A stretch of DNA of 64,000 bases from an uncultured Gemmatimonadales bacterium. GTDB taxonomy: Bacteria; Gemmatimonadota; Gemmatimonadetes; Gemmatimonadales; Gemmatimonadaceae. Position 1 is the stretch's first letter; every line of letters begins with the position of its first letter. Location: positions 3,328,001 to 3,392,000 of the forward strand of contig OY969695.1 of NCBI GenBank assembly GCA_963701965.1, in the 5' to 3' direction. The notes under the pieces are model-generated. The model was not told the origin of the DNA and ran no database searches. It saw only the letters and a program-made list of their open reading frames with translations. Below are positions 30,388-39,784 of the stretch, piece after piece. The position numbers were made by a program, and so were the translations under genes.

Positions 30388-31223
30388 AGACGATTGACGA
30401 GCGGTCACTCCGCCATCCATGGGAGTGGCCGGTCTTTGTTGGTACCGTGACGGTCAATCTCGCGCTCCTGGTCGGCGCCGTCCTCGTCATCGCCTACGGC
30501 CCGTCATGGTTGGCCGACCATCCCTTCTTGAAGAGGTGGGCCGAGCATTTGCGGGCGTTGGCCGTGGCCGCGCTCCTGGGTGTGCCGACCCTCGTGTTCC
30601 TTCGCAACACGCGCCATGCCCTCACCCACGGGAACGGCATCCTGTTGTCTGCGGACCAGATGCCGGACATCCACGGCCTGCTGACGCGGCACTGCGCGGC
30701 GTTGGGCATGCCGCTGCCGACCCTCTACGTGTCCCAATCGGAGTCCCATCTGGCGCGCGCCTACTCGTCCTGGCGGGACCACTATATCGTGCTCGGCACC
30801 AACCTCCTGCAGGCGGACATCGGCGCCATCGCCAATGCATTGGGATTCCAGATCGCGCGAGAGGTCGGTCGCCTTCGGCTCGGTCACACCGTGTGGTGGG
30901 ATGAGCTGCTCGTGTCCTATGTCGTGCGCATTCCCGTTCTGCGGAATCCGCTGGGTCAGATCCGCACCTACTCGGCGGATCGCTACGGCGGATTTCTGGA
31001 ACCGCATGGCGTGCGCGGCCTCATCGCCTTGGCCGCGGGACGCCGCATGTTACCGCGGGTGGACGTGGGCGCATACTTGCGCATGCCGCCCGACACGCCG
31101 CACCTCACGGCGCTCCTGGCGCGGTGGAGCAAGGCCACACCACCCGTCGCGCGCCGGGTGCACACCCTCTACCGGCTGGGCCTCTTCAAAAGTTCAATGT
31201 CAGCGTCAGCGCGAGCGCATTGA
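30369..31223 (+). CDS. M48 peptidase-like membrane protein lacking the Zn ligands
   Basis: Two TMs; QMPDIH, PTLYV, FQIAREVGRLRLGH (HExxH position), TYSADR, TPPVARRV. Confidence 0.7.
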   Translation: MVVSTVETIDERSLRHPWEWPVFVGTVTVNLALLVGAVLVIAYGPSWLADHPFLKRWAEHLRALAVAALLGVPTLVFLRNTRHALTHGNGILLSADQMPDIHGLLTRHCAALGMPLPTLYVSQSESHLARAYSSWRDHYIVLGTNLLQADIGAIANALGFQIAREVGRLRLGHTVWWDELLVSYVVRIPVLRNPLGQIRTYSADRYGGFLEPHGVRGLIALAAGRRMLPRVDVGAYLRMPPDTPHLTALLARWSKATPPVARRVHTLYRLGLFKSSMSASARAH

Positions 31224-31836
31224 CATCATCGACCGTCGGGTCCTTGTCGTTCTTATGGACCAGGCCAAAGTCGATCGATGCCTGCTTCGTGAACTGCCAC
31301 TCGGCGCCGATCTGCGTCTCGATCCGCGTGAACATCTTCTTGACCAAGTCGTAGTACGCCTCCGTCTGCAGGTACGGCGTCACCGAGTGATGGTCGCCCA
31401 GGTCCACGCCCCGTTCAATGCGCGGCCGATTGCGGTAGCGCGGCTTGAAGTCATTGCTGAGCCACCGAAAATCGAACCGGTTCCGGTCCTGAAAGCGAAA
31501 GGAGGATGGGAGGTCCACGCTGAATGTCGCCGCGGCCACGGCGCGGTTCTCGTCCGAGGACGGATTCGCCACCGATCCGAGGTAGCTGTAGCCACCGCGC
31601 ACCGATACCCAGGACGCCAGCTTCGAGTCGATGTACGCACCAACCTCGAGTTGATGGAACTGGATCTCGCGCGAATCGGTGTAGTTCGTCAACAGCAGCA
31701 GCCGGGTGCCTGGGATCAGCGTCTTGTAGGCATCGATCTCGGGCCAGAACTCCCAGTGCACGCCCTGGGCGCGCACCGGCCAGGCGGCGAGGCTCAGCAG
31801 TCCCATCACGCCCGCGAGACGGCGCGCGCCTCTCAT
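31186..31836 (-). CDS. Outer-membrane beta-barrel (DUF2490-like)
   Basis: Signal peptide; ENR, DRNRFDFRW, RYRNR, C-terminal LTLTLNF. Confidence 0.75.
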   Translation of the reverse strand: MRGARRLAGVMGLLSLAAWPVRAQGVHWEFWPEIDAYKTLIPGTRLLLLTNYTDSREIQFHQLEVGAYIDSKLASWVSVRGGYSYLGSVANPSSDENRAVAAATFSVDLPSSFRFQDRNRFDFRWLSNDFKPRYRNRPRIERGVDLGDHHSVTPYLQTEAYYDLVKKMFTRIETQIGAEWQFTKQASIDFGLVHKNDKDPTVDDVNALALTLTLNF

Positions 31837-31843
31837 CGAACGA

Positions 31844-31918
31844 ATCTTGGGTGGCGCTCGCGCGGACGCCTACGTCGACCTAGGTCGAATAGTCGCGCGC
31901 GCCGCCGCGGTGTAGCGT
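31844..31918. promoter_or_regulatory. Perfect box serving divergent promoters
   Basis: TCGACCTAGGTCGA palindrome (core 31877-86). Plus: N26-TAGCGT-N6-ATG 31925. Minus: N27-CAAGAT-N7-ATG 31836. Confidence 0.75.
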
Positions 31919-31924
31919 GCTACT

Positions 31925-32437
31925 ATGCCTATTCGCCACCTCGTCTGGCTCCTGTTCGGGGTTGGTTGTACGACCCTGCAGACCCACGACGACTATGATC
32001 CGAGCGCCAACTTTGGCGCCTATCACACGTACGTATGGAAGAACACGACGCCGGCCCAGAATCCCCTGGTGGACCAGCGCATCGTCACCGCGGTGGACGA
32101 ACAGCTGGCCGCGAAGGGACTGCGCAAGGCCGACTCAGGCGCCAGCGACCTCTTCGTCACGTACCACGCCGCGGTGAACCAACGGCTCAACGTCCAGTCG
32201 TTCGGGTACGGCTACGGTGCGCCCTATGGCGGAAGCTGGTCGTCGACGAAAACGGTCACGGAGATTCCCGAGGGCACGCTGATCGTCGACCTGGTGGACA
32301 TCAAGAAGAACAACCTCGTGTGGCGCGGCACCGCGCAAGACGAGCTTCGCCAGTCGGATAGTCCCGAGCAGGCCCAAAAGCGGGTGAGCAGCGCGGTGCA
32401 GACGATGTTCGCCAAGTATCCACCGCGCGGGCGATGA
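31925..32437 (+). CDS. DUF4136 lipoprotein
   Basis: Lipobox GVGC; DYDPSANFGAYHTY.W, EGTLIVDLVD...LVWRG, MFAKYPP. Confidence 0.9.
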   Translation: MPIRHLVWLLFGVGCTTLQTHDDYDPSANFGAYHTYVWKNTTPAQNPLVDQRIVTAVDEQLAAKGLRKADSGASDLFVTYHAAVNQRLNVQSFGYGYGAPYGGSWSSTKTVTEIPEGTLIVDLVDIKKNNLVWRGTAQDELRQSDSPEQAQKRVSSAVQTMFAKYPPRGR

Positions 32438-32455
32438 GCGCGGGCCGTTCGGTCC

Positions 32456-34024
32456 GTGCCTCATCGGTGTTGGCTCTGGGCCGCTGGACTGATCGGCGTT
32501 CACGCCCTCGGCGCGCAGGACACCGTGCGGAAGATCGAGATCTCGACGCAACAGGTGTTCGATTCCGCGGACGCGGCATCGTCCACGCTCTTCCGCATCA
32601 TGAATCTGATCCACATCCCGACACGGGCGTTCGTCGTTCAGCAGGAGCTGACGTTCGCCACTGGCCAACCCTACGACGCCGCCGCCATCGCGGAATCCGC
32701 TCGTAACCTGCGCGCCCTCGGGATCTTTCGCGCCGTGGATATCGATACGGTGCGCACGCCGGATCCAGCCGGGCTCATCGTCCACGTCAACACGCACGAC
32801 GCGTGGACGACGAATCCCCAGATAAAATTGCAGACGAGCGGCACCGAAGCGACGGTCGGTGCGGGCCTGCGTGAGACGAACTTTCTCGGGACGAACACCG
32901 TTCTCGATGTGGCCTACGAGCGCAATCCGGACCGGTCGGTGCTCACCCTCGCGGCGGCGCGTCCGCGGCTCGTCGCCAGCACCGTCGGTGTCGACTTCAA
33001 CTACGAGGGTCGAAGCGATGGCACCGACCTCTCGGCCACCGTGTCGGCGCCATTCTTCCACCTTTCTACACCGGCGAGCGGATCGCTGAACGGGGTGAGG
33101 ACCGATATCCGGGTGCTCCAATTCCGCGACGGGAACGGCGAGCCTTTCCGTGAGGTGCGCCAGCGGTCGGATGCCCTCATCGGCGAAGGCGGATTCAAGA
33201 TCTCGGCGTCGGAGTCCGGATACCTGCGCGCCGGACTCGACGCGCAGATCCGGCGCGACGGCTTTCAGCTCGAGTCGGACACCAGCCCGTTTCCCAGGCC
33301 GGTGACGGCCGCGTTCGGTCCATGGGTCGAGTACCGGCACGTACAGTATCTGTCGACCCGCGGTTACGAAGCCTTTGGTCGTGACGAAGACGTCGACCTT
33401 GGGCTCACCGTGCGCCTCGCCGCCGCCATCGCCCCGGGCCCCTGGGGTTATCCCCATGGTGGTATCGGGCCATCGCTCACGCTCGCGACGGGTCAACGCA
33501 TACCGGTTGGGTTCGTGCTCGAGCACTTCGAGGCCAATGGCTTGCTCACCAGCGTCGGCGTCGATTCCGGCGCCATCACTGCGGGCGTGACGGCGGTGTT
33601 CCAGGCGGGGGAGCGTCACATGGCCGTGTTGCACGCTGACGGCGGCGTGCGGTCGAATCCCTATCCCGGCGAGGAGTTCGACCTCGGTCTCGGCTACGGT
33701 GCCCGAGCGTATCCCGCGCACGCGTTTACGGGCGACCGCTATTACATCACGAGCGCCGAGTATCGCTACATCATCGTGCCGAACGCCTTTGGTCTCTACG
33801 CCGTGGGACTGGCCGCCTTTGTCGATCAGGCGGGGGCGTGGTTTGCCGGATCTCCGGCGCGCTCCGGTACCGACGCGGGGCTCGGACTCCGGTTTGGCTC
33901 TCTCCGGTCGCCGACGGGCGGCATGATTCGGATCGATCTCGCGTTTCGCGCCGCGACGAGTGCCCAACCGGCACAGTGGGTCATCGCGGTTGGGAAGGGG
34001 TTCGCCTTCGACCTGCCTCACTGA
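32456..34024 (+). CDS. Omp85/BamA-TamA-like outer-membrane protein (one POTRA-like domain plus barrel)
   Basis: ESARNLRALGIF, ETNFLG, GARAYP..FTGDR...SAEYR, IRIDLA, GFAF near the C-terminus. Confidence 0.75.
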   Translation: MPHRCWLWAAGLIGVHALGAQDTVRKIEISTQQVFDSADAASSTLFRIMNLIHIPTRAFVVQQELTFATGQPYDAAAIAESARNLRALGIFRAVDIDTVRTPDPAGLIVHVNTHDAWTTNPQIKLQTSGTEATVGAGLRETNFLGTNTVLDVAYERNPDRSVLTLAAARPRLVASTVGVDFNYEGRSDGTDLSATVSAPFFHLSTPASGSLNGVRTDIRVLQFRDGNGEPFREVRQRSDALIGEGGFKISASESGYLRAGLDAQIRRDGFQLESDTSPFPRPVTAAFGPWVEYRHVQYLSTRGYEAFGRDEDVDLGLTVRLAAAIAPGPWGYPHGGIGPSLTLATGQRIPVGFVLEHFEANGLLTSVGVDSGAITAGVTAVFQAGERHMAVLHADGGVRSNPYPGEEFDLGLGYGARAYPAHAFTGDRYYITSAEYRYIIVPNAFGLYAVGLAAFVDQAGAWFAGSPARSGTDAGLGLRFGSLRSPTGGMIRIDLAFRAATSAQPAQWVIAVGKGFAFDLPH

Positions 34025-34051
34025 GAATCGGTTCACCGGACCACGGATTCG

Positions 34052-34693
34052 TCAGTGTGCGAATCCCAGGCCGACGCCGATGGAGAGGAATCGCATGCTC
34101 TTGTTGTCATCCGTCGGGAGGAAGCTCCCGGCGTTCACGGGCCAGTTGTAGCGCGCGTATAACGCGATCTGACCACCGTTGGACAAGCCGATCAGGACCC
34201 CGAGCTCCGGCGCCCAGCCGAAGATCCAGTTATCCGTGTTGAACGTGACGGTTCCGATGTCGAACGTTTGATGGATGTAATAGACCCCCAAGCTGGCCCC
34301 GATGAACGGCTTCAGGTTGCTTTCAGAGCTCATGTGGAAGTAGTAATCCCCGCCGACCATGAAGGGGAAAATGTTGAGATCGCGATACTGCGTGCTCTGA
34401 ATCGTGCCCGCACCGTTCTGCTGGAACGTGAAGTTGATCGGGTTGTTCGTTTTCCAATACAACTCGGTCCATCCGAACGTCGTCCCGACAGAAAGCGTGT
34501 GATCCGGATTGAGGTACCGGCGAAAGTCCAGATAGAATCCGAGCCAGCTGTCATTATCCGTGAACGCCTTCGCGTCGTTCGTCGGCACCGAATAGTTGTA
34601 GCTGATGATGCCGAATTGGTCCTGGGCGCGGACGGGCGAGACCATGACGGCGCTCGTGAGCGCGGCGGCAGCGAGCCAGCAATGCATGCTCAT
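34052..34693 (-). CDS. Eight-stranded outer-membrane beta-barrel protein
   Basis: Signal peptide; alternating strands, KPFIGASLG, GWAPELG, IGVGLGF; ATG overlaps the lipoprotein stop. Confidence 0.8.
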   Translation of the reverse strand: MSMHCWLAAAALTSAVMVSPVRAQDQFGIISYNYSVPTNDAKAFTDNDSWLGFYLDFRRYLNPDHTLSVGTTFGWTELYWKTNNPINFTFQQNGAGTIQSTQYRDLNIFPFMVGGDYYFHMSSESNLKPFIGASLGVYYIHQTFDIGTVTFNTDNWIFGWAPELGVLIGLSNGGQIALYARYNWPVNAGSFLPTDDNKSMRFLSIGVGLGFAH

Positions 34694-35340
34694 TTGGGCG
34701 TCAGGAATGGGGAAGCCGTGAACATCTGATTGATCCGCGTCGGAATGCGCGATGCGACCGAGCTCGTGCCGTTGAGCAAGCCGTTCGCGCCGCCCAGCCA
34801 AACGATCGGCAGCTTCTTGTTCACGGTGTCGCGATTCTTGTTGTCGAGCATCGAAACGAACACCGTGCCGGTCGTGTAGCTGTACGGCACCGCATACGTC
34901 GGGTAGTAGTAGCTATAGGTCGGACCATAGGCGCCGCTCCATCCGGGCCACCAGCCCCAGTAGTTCCAGTACGGGTAGCTCACGACCCCGACCGTGGTCG
35001 AGGATGTCGCATTGACGAGCAACACGAGATCCGCCGTCGCCGCGTTGGACACCTGCGTGAATCCCAACGTGTTCATGTTCTGTTGAACGCTGTTGAGCAC
35101 GAGACCGTCGTTGGCGTGCGAGACATTGTCGGTCTGGCCCGCCGTATCGAGGTGCACCACCGAATCGGGTAGCGCATAGGTCTTATACGTCCCGAACGGA
35201 GCCGCCTTGTCGTAGATCGTCGTGACCGTGTCGAAGTCGGACACGTCAGTGGAGCGATCCGGGTAGCATGAAGCGACGAGTACCATGGACGTGGTGAAGA
35301 GGCTGAGCCAGTGCCATCTCGAACCGAGCATTGCCTGCAT
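34690..35340 (-). CDS. DUF4136-like lipoprotein with a Trp/Tyr-rich insert
   Basis: Lipobox VASC; YKTYALPD, YWGWWPGW, YTTGTVFVSM, INQMFTASPFL. Confidence 0.8.
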   Translation of the reverse strand: MQAMLGSRWHWLSLFTTSMVLVASCYPDRSTDVSDFDTVTTIYDKAAPFGTYKTYALPDSVVHLDTAGQTDNVSHANDGLVLNSVQQNMNTLGFTQVSNAATADLVLLVNATSSTTVGVVSYPYWNYWGWWPGWSGAYGPTYSYYYPTYAVPYSYTTGTVFVSMLDNKNRDTVNKKLPIVWLGGANGLLNGTSSVASRIPTRINQMFTASPFLTPK

Positions 35341-35455
35341 GGACCCCCCAACCTGCGATCGACTGGACTCATGATCGGCCTTGGGGCTTGTCACCGGCCA
35401 TTGGCTCTTGGTCGACACTCCGGTTAAGTTGAGCCTGGTTGGTCAGGAGGCTGTG

Positions 35456-35905
35456 TTGTTTGGGATCAAGGTGACGACCCCGGTGGTGACGAACGCCGAT
35501 GGCTGGTCTCACGCGGGTGGCGAGCTCAAGGTGGGCGACGAGTCGCTCAAGTTTCTCGTCGACCTCACGTGGTGGCGCGTGGCCGATTACGAGCACCAGT
35601 GGCGTGACGCGATGGACCGTCTCGCGCACGGGACGCGGGCGACCGCGCTGGTCACCGCGTACGCCGGACCGGGGGGCCCGCACCGGATGTGGGCACTGTG
35701 GCGGGACGATGACTTCGTGTACGTCCAGGAGCACATCGTCGTGCCCACCGACCTCGACACGCCATTCGACCCTTCGCACCCCGACGCGCACGTCGGCGCG
35801 CGGATCAGCCCCGAACACGGGGCGCCCATCGCCGAGTGGCGGATTGAGTTGCTGCACGTCCTCGCCGCGGCGTTCGGCATTCGCTGGCCGCTGTACCCCC
35901 GGTAA
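35456..35905 (+). CDS. CdiI-like immunity protein (resembles the Enterobacter cloacae CdiI family)
   Basis: AGGAGG RBS then TTG; MFGI...LTWW..ADY..QW..A...L...TAL...W.L..DDDFVYVQ...G.PIAEW; pattern recalled from CdiI-ECL. Confidence 0.6.
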   Translation: MFGIKVTTPVVTNADGWSHAGGELKVGDESLKFLVDLTWWRVADYEHQWRDAMDRLAHGTRATALVTAYAGPGGPHRMWALWRDDDFVYVQEHIVVPTDLDTPFDPSHPDAHVGARISPEHGAPIAEWRIELLHVLAAAFGIRWPLYPR

Positions 35906-35926
35906 CGCCAAGAAGTCGCAGGCGTA

Positions 35927-35968
35927 TACCTAGGTCCAACTGATAGGGGATCGCGCTCGCGATACGAT
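35927..35968 (+). promoter_or_regulatory. Box plus -10 promoter
   Basis: TACCTAGGTC-N26-TACGAT-N7-ATG 35976. Confidence 0.75.
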
Positions 35969-35975
35969 GAGCGGC

Positions 35976-36896
35976 ATGCGCCGCGTGCCCCTGCTTCTAT
36001 CGCCTTTGCTCGCGGCGTCGATCGCCCACGCGCAGGCGAACGTGCCGCAGTTCCGCGGCGACTTCGGACTCAACTCCGGCACGCAGCCGCCGCCTGGCTC
36101 ATACGCCGGTGTCTTCTTCAGCTACTACGATCCAGACAAGATCATTACGTCGGATGGGACGGCGATCACCCGGCTGCGTATCGACCAGAGCGCCCTCGCT
36201 CTCCTCCTGCAGTGGGTCTCGGATTTCACCATTCTCGGTGGCGCCCACTACAGTACGCTGATCGCGATTCCCTGGGCCAACATCGCGATCGCCACACCGA
36301 ACGTGAGCAACGAGACCAAATGGGGGTTCTCGGACCTGTACGTCCAACCCCTGAACCTCGGTTGGCACTTGGGCCGGGCGGACGTGCTCGGCACCGTCGG
36401 CACCTACATGCCGACGGGCCGCTTCACCAATGGCGCGCGCAATAATACGGGCCTCGGCATGTGGACCGTGGAGCTGGGCGCCGGCGGGACCGCGTATCCG
36501 GACGAAAAGAAGCAATTCAACGTGGCGACGTACGCCACCTTCGACATTCCCGTGTCCTACGTGCGCGGCACCGACCGGCGCGCGGGAGCGATCCTCACGC
36601 TCGAGGGCGGCGTTGGCCACACGCTGATCAAGGGATTTGGCGCCATCGGTGCCGCGTACTATGCGCAATGGAAGGTGACGTCGGATCACAACTACACGCT
36701 TCCGCCGGGCTTCCAATCGAAGGACTTCTACTTTGGAGTCGGCCCCGAGCTCTCGATACCGATTCCCGTCGTGAAGTCGCTGCCGTTCTTTCTGACACTC
36801 CGATACTACTTCGAGACCGGTAATCGCGTCGCAACCGAAGGCAACTCGTTCATCGCGACCTTCACGGTCGCCAATCCCTCCCCGCCGCCGAAGTAG
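35976..36896 (+). CDS. SphA/Phenol_MetA_deg-family outer-membrane channel
   Basis: PPPGSY, GFSDLYVQPLNLGWH, PTGRF, NTGLGMW, YYAQWKVTSD, GPE. Confidence 0.8.
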   Translation: MRRVPLLLSPLLAASIAHAQANVPQFRGDFGLNSGTQPPPGSYAGVFFSYYDPDKIITSDGTAITRLRIDQSALALLLQWVSDFTILGGAHYSTLIAIPWANIAIATPNVSNETKWGFSDLYVQPLNLGWHLGRADVLGTVGTYMPTGRFTNGARNNTGLGMWTVELGAGGTAYPDEKKQFNVATYATFDIPVSYVRGTDRRAGAILTLEGGVGHTLIKGFGAIGAAYYAQWKVTSDHNYTLPPGFQSKDFYFGVGPELSIPIPVVKSLPFFLTLRYYFETGNRVATEGNSFIATFTVANPSPPPK

Positions 36897-37715
36897 TCAT
36901 TTCGGTGCGGGGAACAGGAGAGACAGGATGAGGCGAAGCTGGTCGCGCCCCGCGGCCGTTGGGCGGGCGACGGCATTGTAGTATTGGAGCCCGAGGCTCA
37001 CGGAGCGCTTGCCGATCGTCGTGACCTTGGTGATGCCGAGTCCCAGCGGGACCGTCCATTGCGTGCCGTGGGGCCCGCTCCAATTGGCGGTGATCAAGGG
37101 TGACGTGCTGATCGCCCACCCCACTCCAAAGTTGAAATTGACGAACGGCTGAAACGTCAGGATGTTGACCTCGGACGGTCCACCGGGGCCGGCGATGGTC
37201 CAGATCTGATTGATCAGCGCGCCATAGACCCAAGGACCATTGATCTGGAGCGCGACCGCGGCCGGACCAAACCCCCAGTCTCCCGTGCTCACCGCAGAAT
37301 TGGTGGCGGTGGGGAACGAGAAGACCGGGCCGATGCCCCAGATGATGTCCCCTGGTGTCGCCGGTGTCACGAACAGCTGCTCCTGGATGTCCCCGAGCCC
37401 CGACTGGTTCGTCCCGCTGGGGGCGGGCACCGTCACGTAGGGCACGATCGTCCGCGCGATCAGCGTGTAGCCGGTCGTGGTCTTGAAGGGCACCACGGGT
37501 TGCACGTTGAGCAGCAGCGATGATTCCTTCCCCAGGCCACCACCCGAGAAGAAATTGAACTGGAACGGAATCGAGATGAGATCGCTGACGGGATTTTGTG
37601 TCTTCTTGGACAGCTCCGTGGCGTTGGGCGGCGGTTGTTCCTGTGCCAACGTGACGATCGGGGTGTGGAGAGCCACAGCCCCGATCGTCACGAGCACCGC
37701 TGACGACCGGCGCAT
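36897..37715 (-). CDS. Outer-membrane transporter-like protein (family often mislabelled 'neuromedin U')
   Basis: ELSKKTQNPVSDLISIPFQ, LNVQPVVPF, GLGDI, QPFVNFN, WTVPLG. Confidence 0.8.
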   Translation of the reverse strand: MRRSSAVLVTIGAVALHTPIVTLAQEQPPPNATELSKKTQNPVSDLISIPFQFNFFSGGGLGKESSLLLNVQPVVPFKTTTGYTLIARTIVPYVTVPAPSGTNQSGLGDIQEQLFVTPATPGDIIWGIGPVFSFPTATNSAVSTGDWGFGPAAVALQINGPWVYGALINQIWTIAGPGGPSEVNILTFQPFVNFNFGVGWAISTSPLITANWSGPHGTQWTVPLGLGITKVTTIGKRSVSLGLQYYNAVARPTAAGRDQLRLILSLLFPAPK

Positions 37716-38377
37716 TACTGCGGTGTATTCATCGTGGCAGTGGCTCCGGCGTTCTCCGCGGTCTCCACGACGAACACCGCGCGGCGATTCTGCATGGCTC
37801 CCGGGTCGTCCTTCTGTGCGTCGGGATGCACGAGGCGCTCCTTGCCGTAGCCCACCGTGCGCAGATGTTCGGCGTCGAGGCCCTTGGTCTGGAGATACTG
37901 CGAGACCGCGTCCGCCCGCCGCTTCGAGAGCGCGAGGTTGTAGGCCTTCGATCCCGCCGGATCGGCGAACCCTTCCACCGTGACGACCGAGCCTCCGTAG
38001 AACTTGCTCACCACCTGCGCGAACTTATCGAGCGCCGCGTAGTCGTTCTCGGCCACGGTCGCGTCGTTGAACGCGAAGTTCACCGGCACCGCGAAGCGAA
38101 TGGTGCTGCCCATGGTGGACACCGCGGTGTGGAACTGCGTGCGCAGCGAGTCGAGTGCCGCCTGCTGCTGCGCGATCTGCGTCTTGGTGTTGGCGTCATC
38201 GGCTTCGCGGGCGGCGGCTTCCTTGGCTACCGCGGCGTTGACGGAAGAATCGACGTAGGCGGTCGACACCTTGTTGCTGGCCATCATCTGGTCCTTCACC
38301 CACCCCTTCGACGCGCATGCCGCGATGAGTGGGGAGACCAGGCCCAACGCGATCGTGGACGTGAGCCGCGCGTTCAT
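37715..38377 (-). CDS. OmpA/Pal-family peptidoglycan-binding lipoprotein
   Basis: GGAGG RBS; lipobox AAC; FAFND, EGFAD..GSKAYNLALSKRRA, GYGKE, NRR. Confidence 0.9.
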   Translation of the reverse strand: MNARLTSTIALGLVSPLIAACASKGWVKDQMMASNKVSTAYVDSSVNAAVAKEAAAREADDANTKTQIAQQQAALDSLRTQFHTAVSTMGSTIRFAVPVNFAFNDATVAENDYAALDKFAQVVSKFYGGSVVTVEGFADPAGSKAYNLALSKRRADAVSQYLQTKGLDAEHLRTVGYGKERLVHPDAQKDDPGAMQNRRAVFVVETAENAGATATMNTPQ

Positions 38378-38423
38378 AACGACGTTCCTCCGGGAGATGT
38401 GGGTGTGGATCGTGTGTCCCCTC

Positions 38424-38498
38424 AACCTACGAACCCGGAGGGCACATGCCGATGTGGACCAAAGTACTATTTGCCCGGGTGTCGCCCGGATCTAGCCT
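38424..38498. promoter_or_regulatory. Box serving divergent ompA and FGE promoters
   Basis: GACCAAAGTA 38457-66. Plus: N26-TAGCCT-N6-GTG 38505. Minus: N27-TAGGTT. Confidence 0.7.
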
Positions 38499-38504
38499 CA
38501 CCCT

Positions 38505-39428
38505 GTGGCATCGGTCGAGACGCATGACATGATCTGGATCCCCAGCGGCGCTTTCCGCATGGGGTCGAACGAGCACTACCCTGAGGAGCGGCCGGTGCAC
38601 CGCGTCGAGGTCGATGGATTCTGGATCGACCGCGCGCCGGTGACCAACGAGCGATTTGCCGAGTTCGTCGCCGAATCGGGACACGTCACGTTCGCGGAGA
38701 TCGCACCGGACCCGGCCGACTATCCCGGCGCGCTGCCCCACATGCTGTACGCGGGGTCGCTCGTGTTCATCAAGCCGCGGAATCGGGTCGACCCCTGGTG
38801 GCACTACGTCGCCGATGCCGACTGGCGCCATCCGCAAGGGCCCGGCAGCTCGCTCGATGGACGCGAGAAACACCCCGTCGTGCACGTGACGTACGGCGAC
38901 GCCGCCGCGTTCGCGCGCTGGGACAACAAGGATCTTCCGAGCGAAGCGGAGTGGGAGCGCGCGGCGCGGGGCGGACTGGACGGCGCCGCCTACGCGTGGG
39001 GTGACGAGTTCCTGCCCGACGGCCGCATCATGGCCAACACGTGGCAGGGCGAGTTTCCATGGCAGAATAGATGCACCGACGGATACGAGGGGACGTCGCC
39101 GGTCGGGGCGTTCCCGCCGAATGCGTTCGGGCTGTGGGACATGATCGGCAACGTGTGGGAGTGGACCACCGATTGGTACGCGCCCCGGCATCCCGAGCCC
39201 ATCAAACCCTGCTGCATGCCGAAGAATCCGCGCGGCGGTCTCGAGGGCGAGAGCTACGATCCGGCCCAGCCCGCCATCCGCATTCCCCGCAAAGTGCTCA
39301 AGGGCGGCTCGCATCTCTGCGCGCCGAACTACTGCCGGCGCTATCGGCCGGCCGCGCGGCATCCGGAACCGATCGACACCTCGACGTCCCACGTGGGATT
39401 CCGCTGCATCGTACGTCCGGTGCGATGA
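38505..39428 (+). CDS. Formylglycine-generating enzyme (sulfatase-modifying factor)
   Basis: FRMGS..HYPEE.P, HPVVHV, LPSEAEWE, DMIGNVWEW, KGGSHLCAPNYCRRYRPAAR (both catalytic Cys), GFRC. Confidence 0.95.
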   Translation: MASVETHDMIWIPSGAFRMGSNEHYPEERPVHRVEVDGFWIDRAPVTNERFAEFVAESGHVTFAEIAPDPADYPGALPHMLYAGSLVFIKPRNRVDPWWHYVADADWRHPQGPGSSLDGREKHPVVHVTYGDAAAFARWDNKDLPSEAEWERAARGGLDGAAYAWGDEFLPDGRIMANTWQGEFPWQNRCTDGYEGTSPVGAFPPNAFGLWDMIGNVWEWTTDWYAPRHPEPIKPCCMPKNPRGGLEGESYDPAQPAIRIPRKVLKGGSHLCAPNYCRRYRPAARHPEPIDTSTSHVGFRCIVRPVR

Positions 39429-39784
39429 GGCTGCCGGGCGGCACCCTCGGAGAACGCTGGCTCCGCGAGTTGGCCGTGCTCTACCGGGTCCTGCGACATC
39501 CCAGGACGCCATGGTATGTGCGCGGCGTGGCGGCGTGCGCCGTCGGATACGTGCTCAGTCCGATTCAACTCATCCCCAGTTTCATCCCGGTCATCGGCCA
39601 ACTGGACGATGTGTGCGTGCTCCTCGTGGGCGACAAGCTCGTGCGCGCTCTGGTGCCGGATGATGTACTTGGCGAGTGCGAGATCCTGGCGCGACGAACG
39701 CCTCCCACCGCGGTGCTCGGGTTCGTCGCGTTATCGGTGGCGGCAGCGGTGGCCGTCTTTCTCGTCGCCTACTCGACGGGATAG
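39425..39784 (+). CDS. YkvA/DUF1232 membrane protein
   Basis: HPRTPWY....A...GYVLSPIQLIPSFIPVIGQLDD. Confidence 0.85.
   Translation: MRLPGGTLGERWLRELAVLYRVLRHPRTPWYVRGVAACAVGYVLSPIQLIPSFIPVIGQLDDVCVLLVGDKLVRALVPDDVLGECEILARRTPPTAVLGFVALSVAAAVAVFLVAYSTG

Noticed and set aside
35377..35419. Possible extra boxes GGCCTTGGGG (35377) and minus-strand GACCAAGAGC (35413-35404)
   Set aside because: Too degenerate, and no clean TANNNT at 26 bp; not counted.
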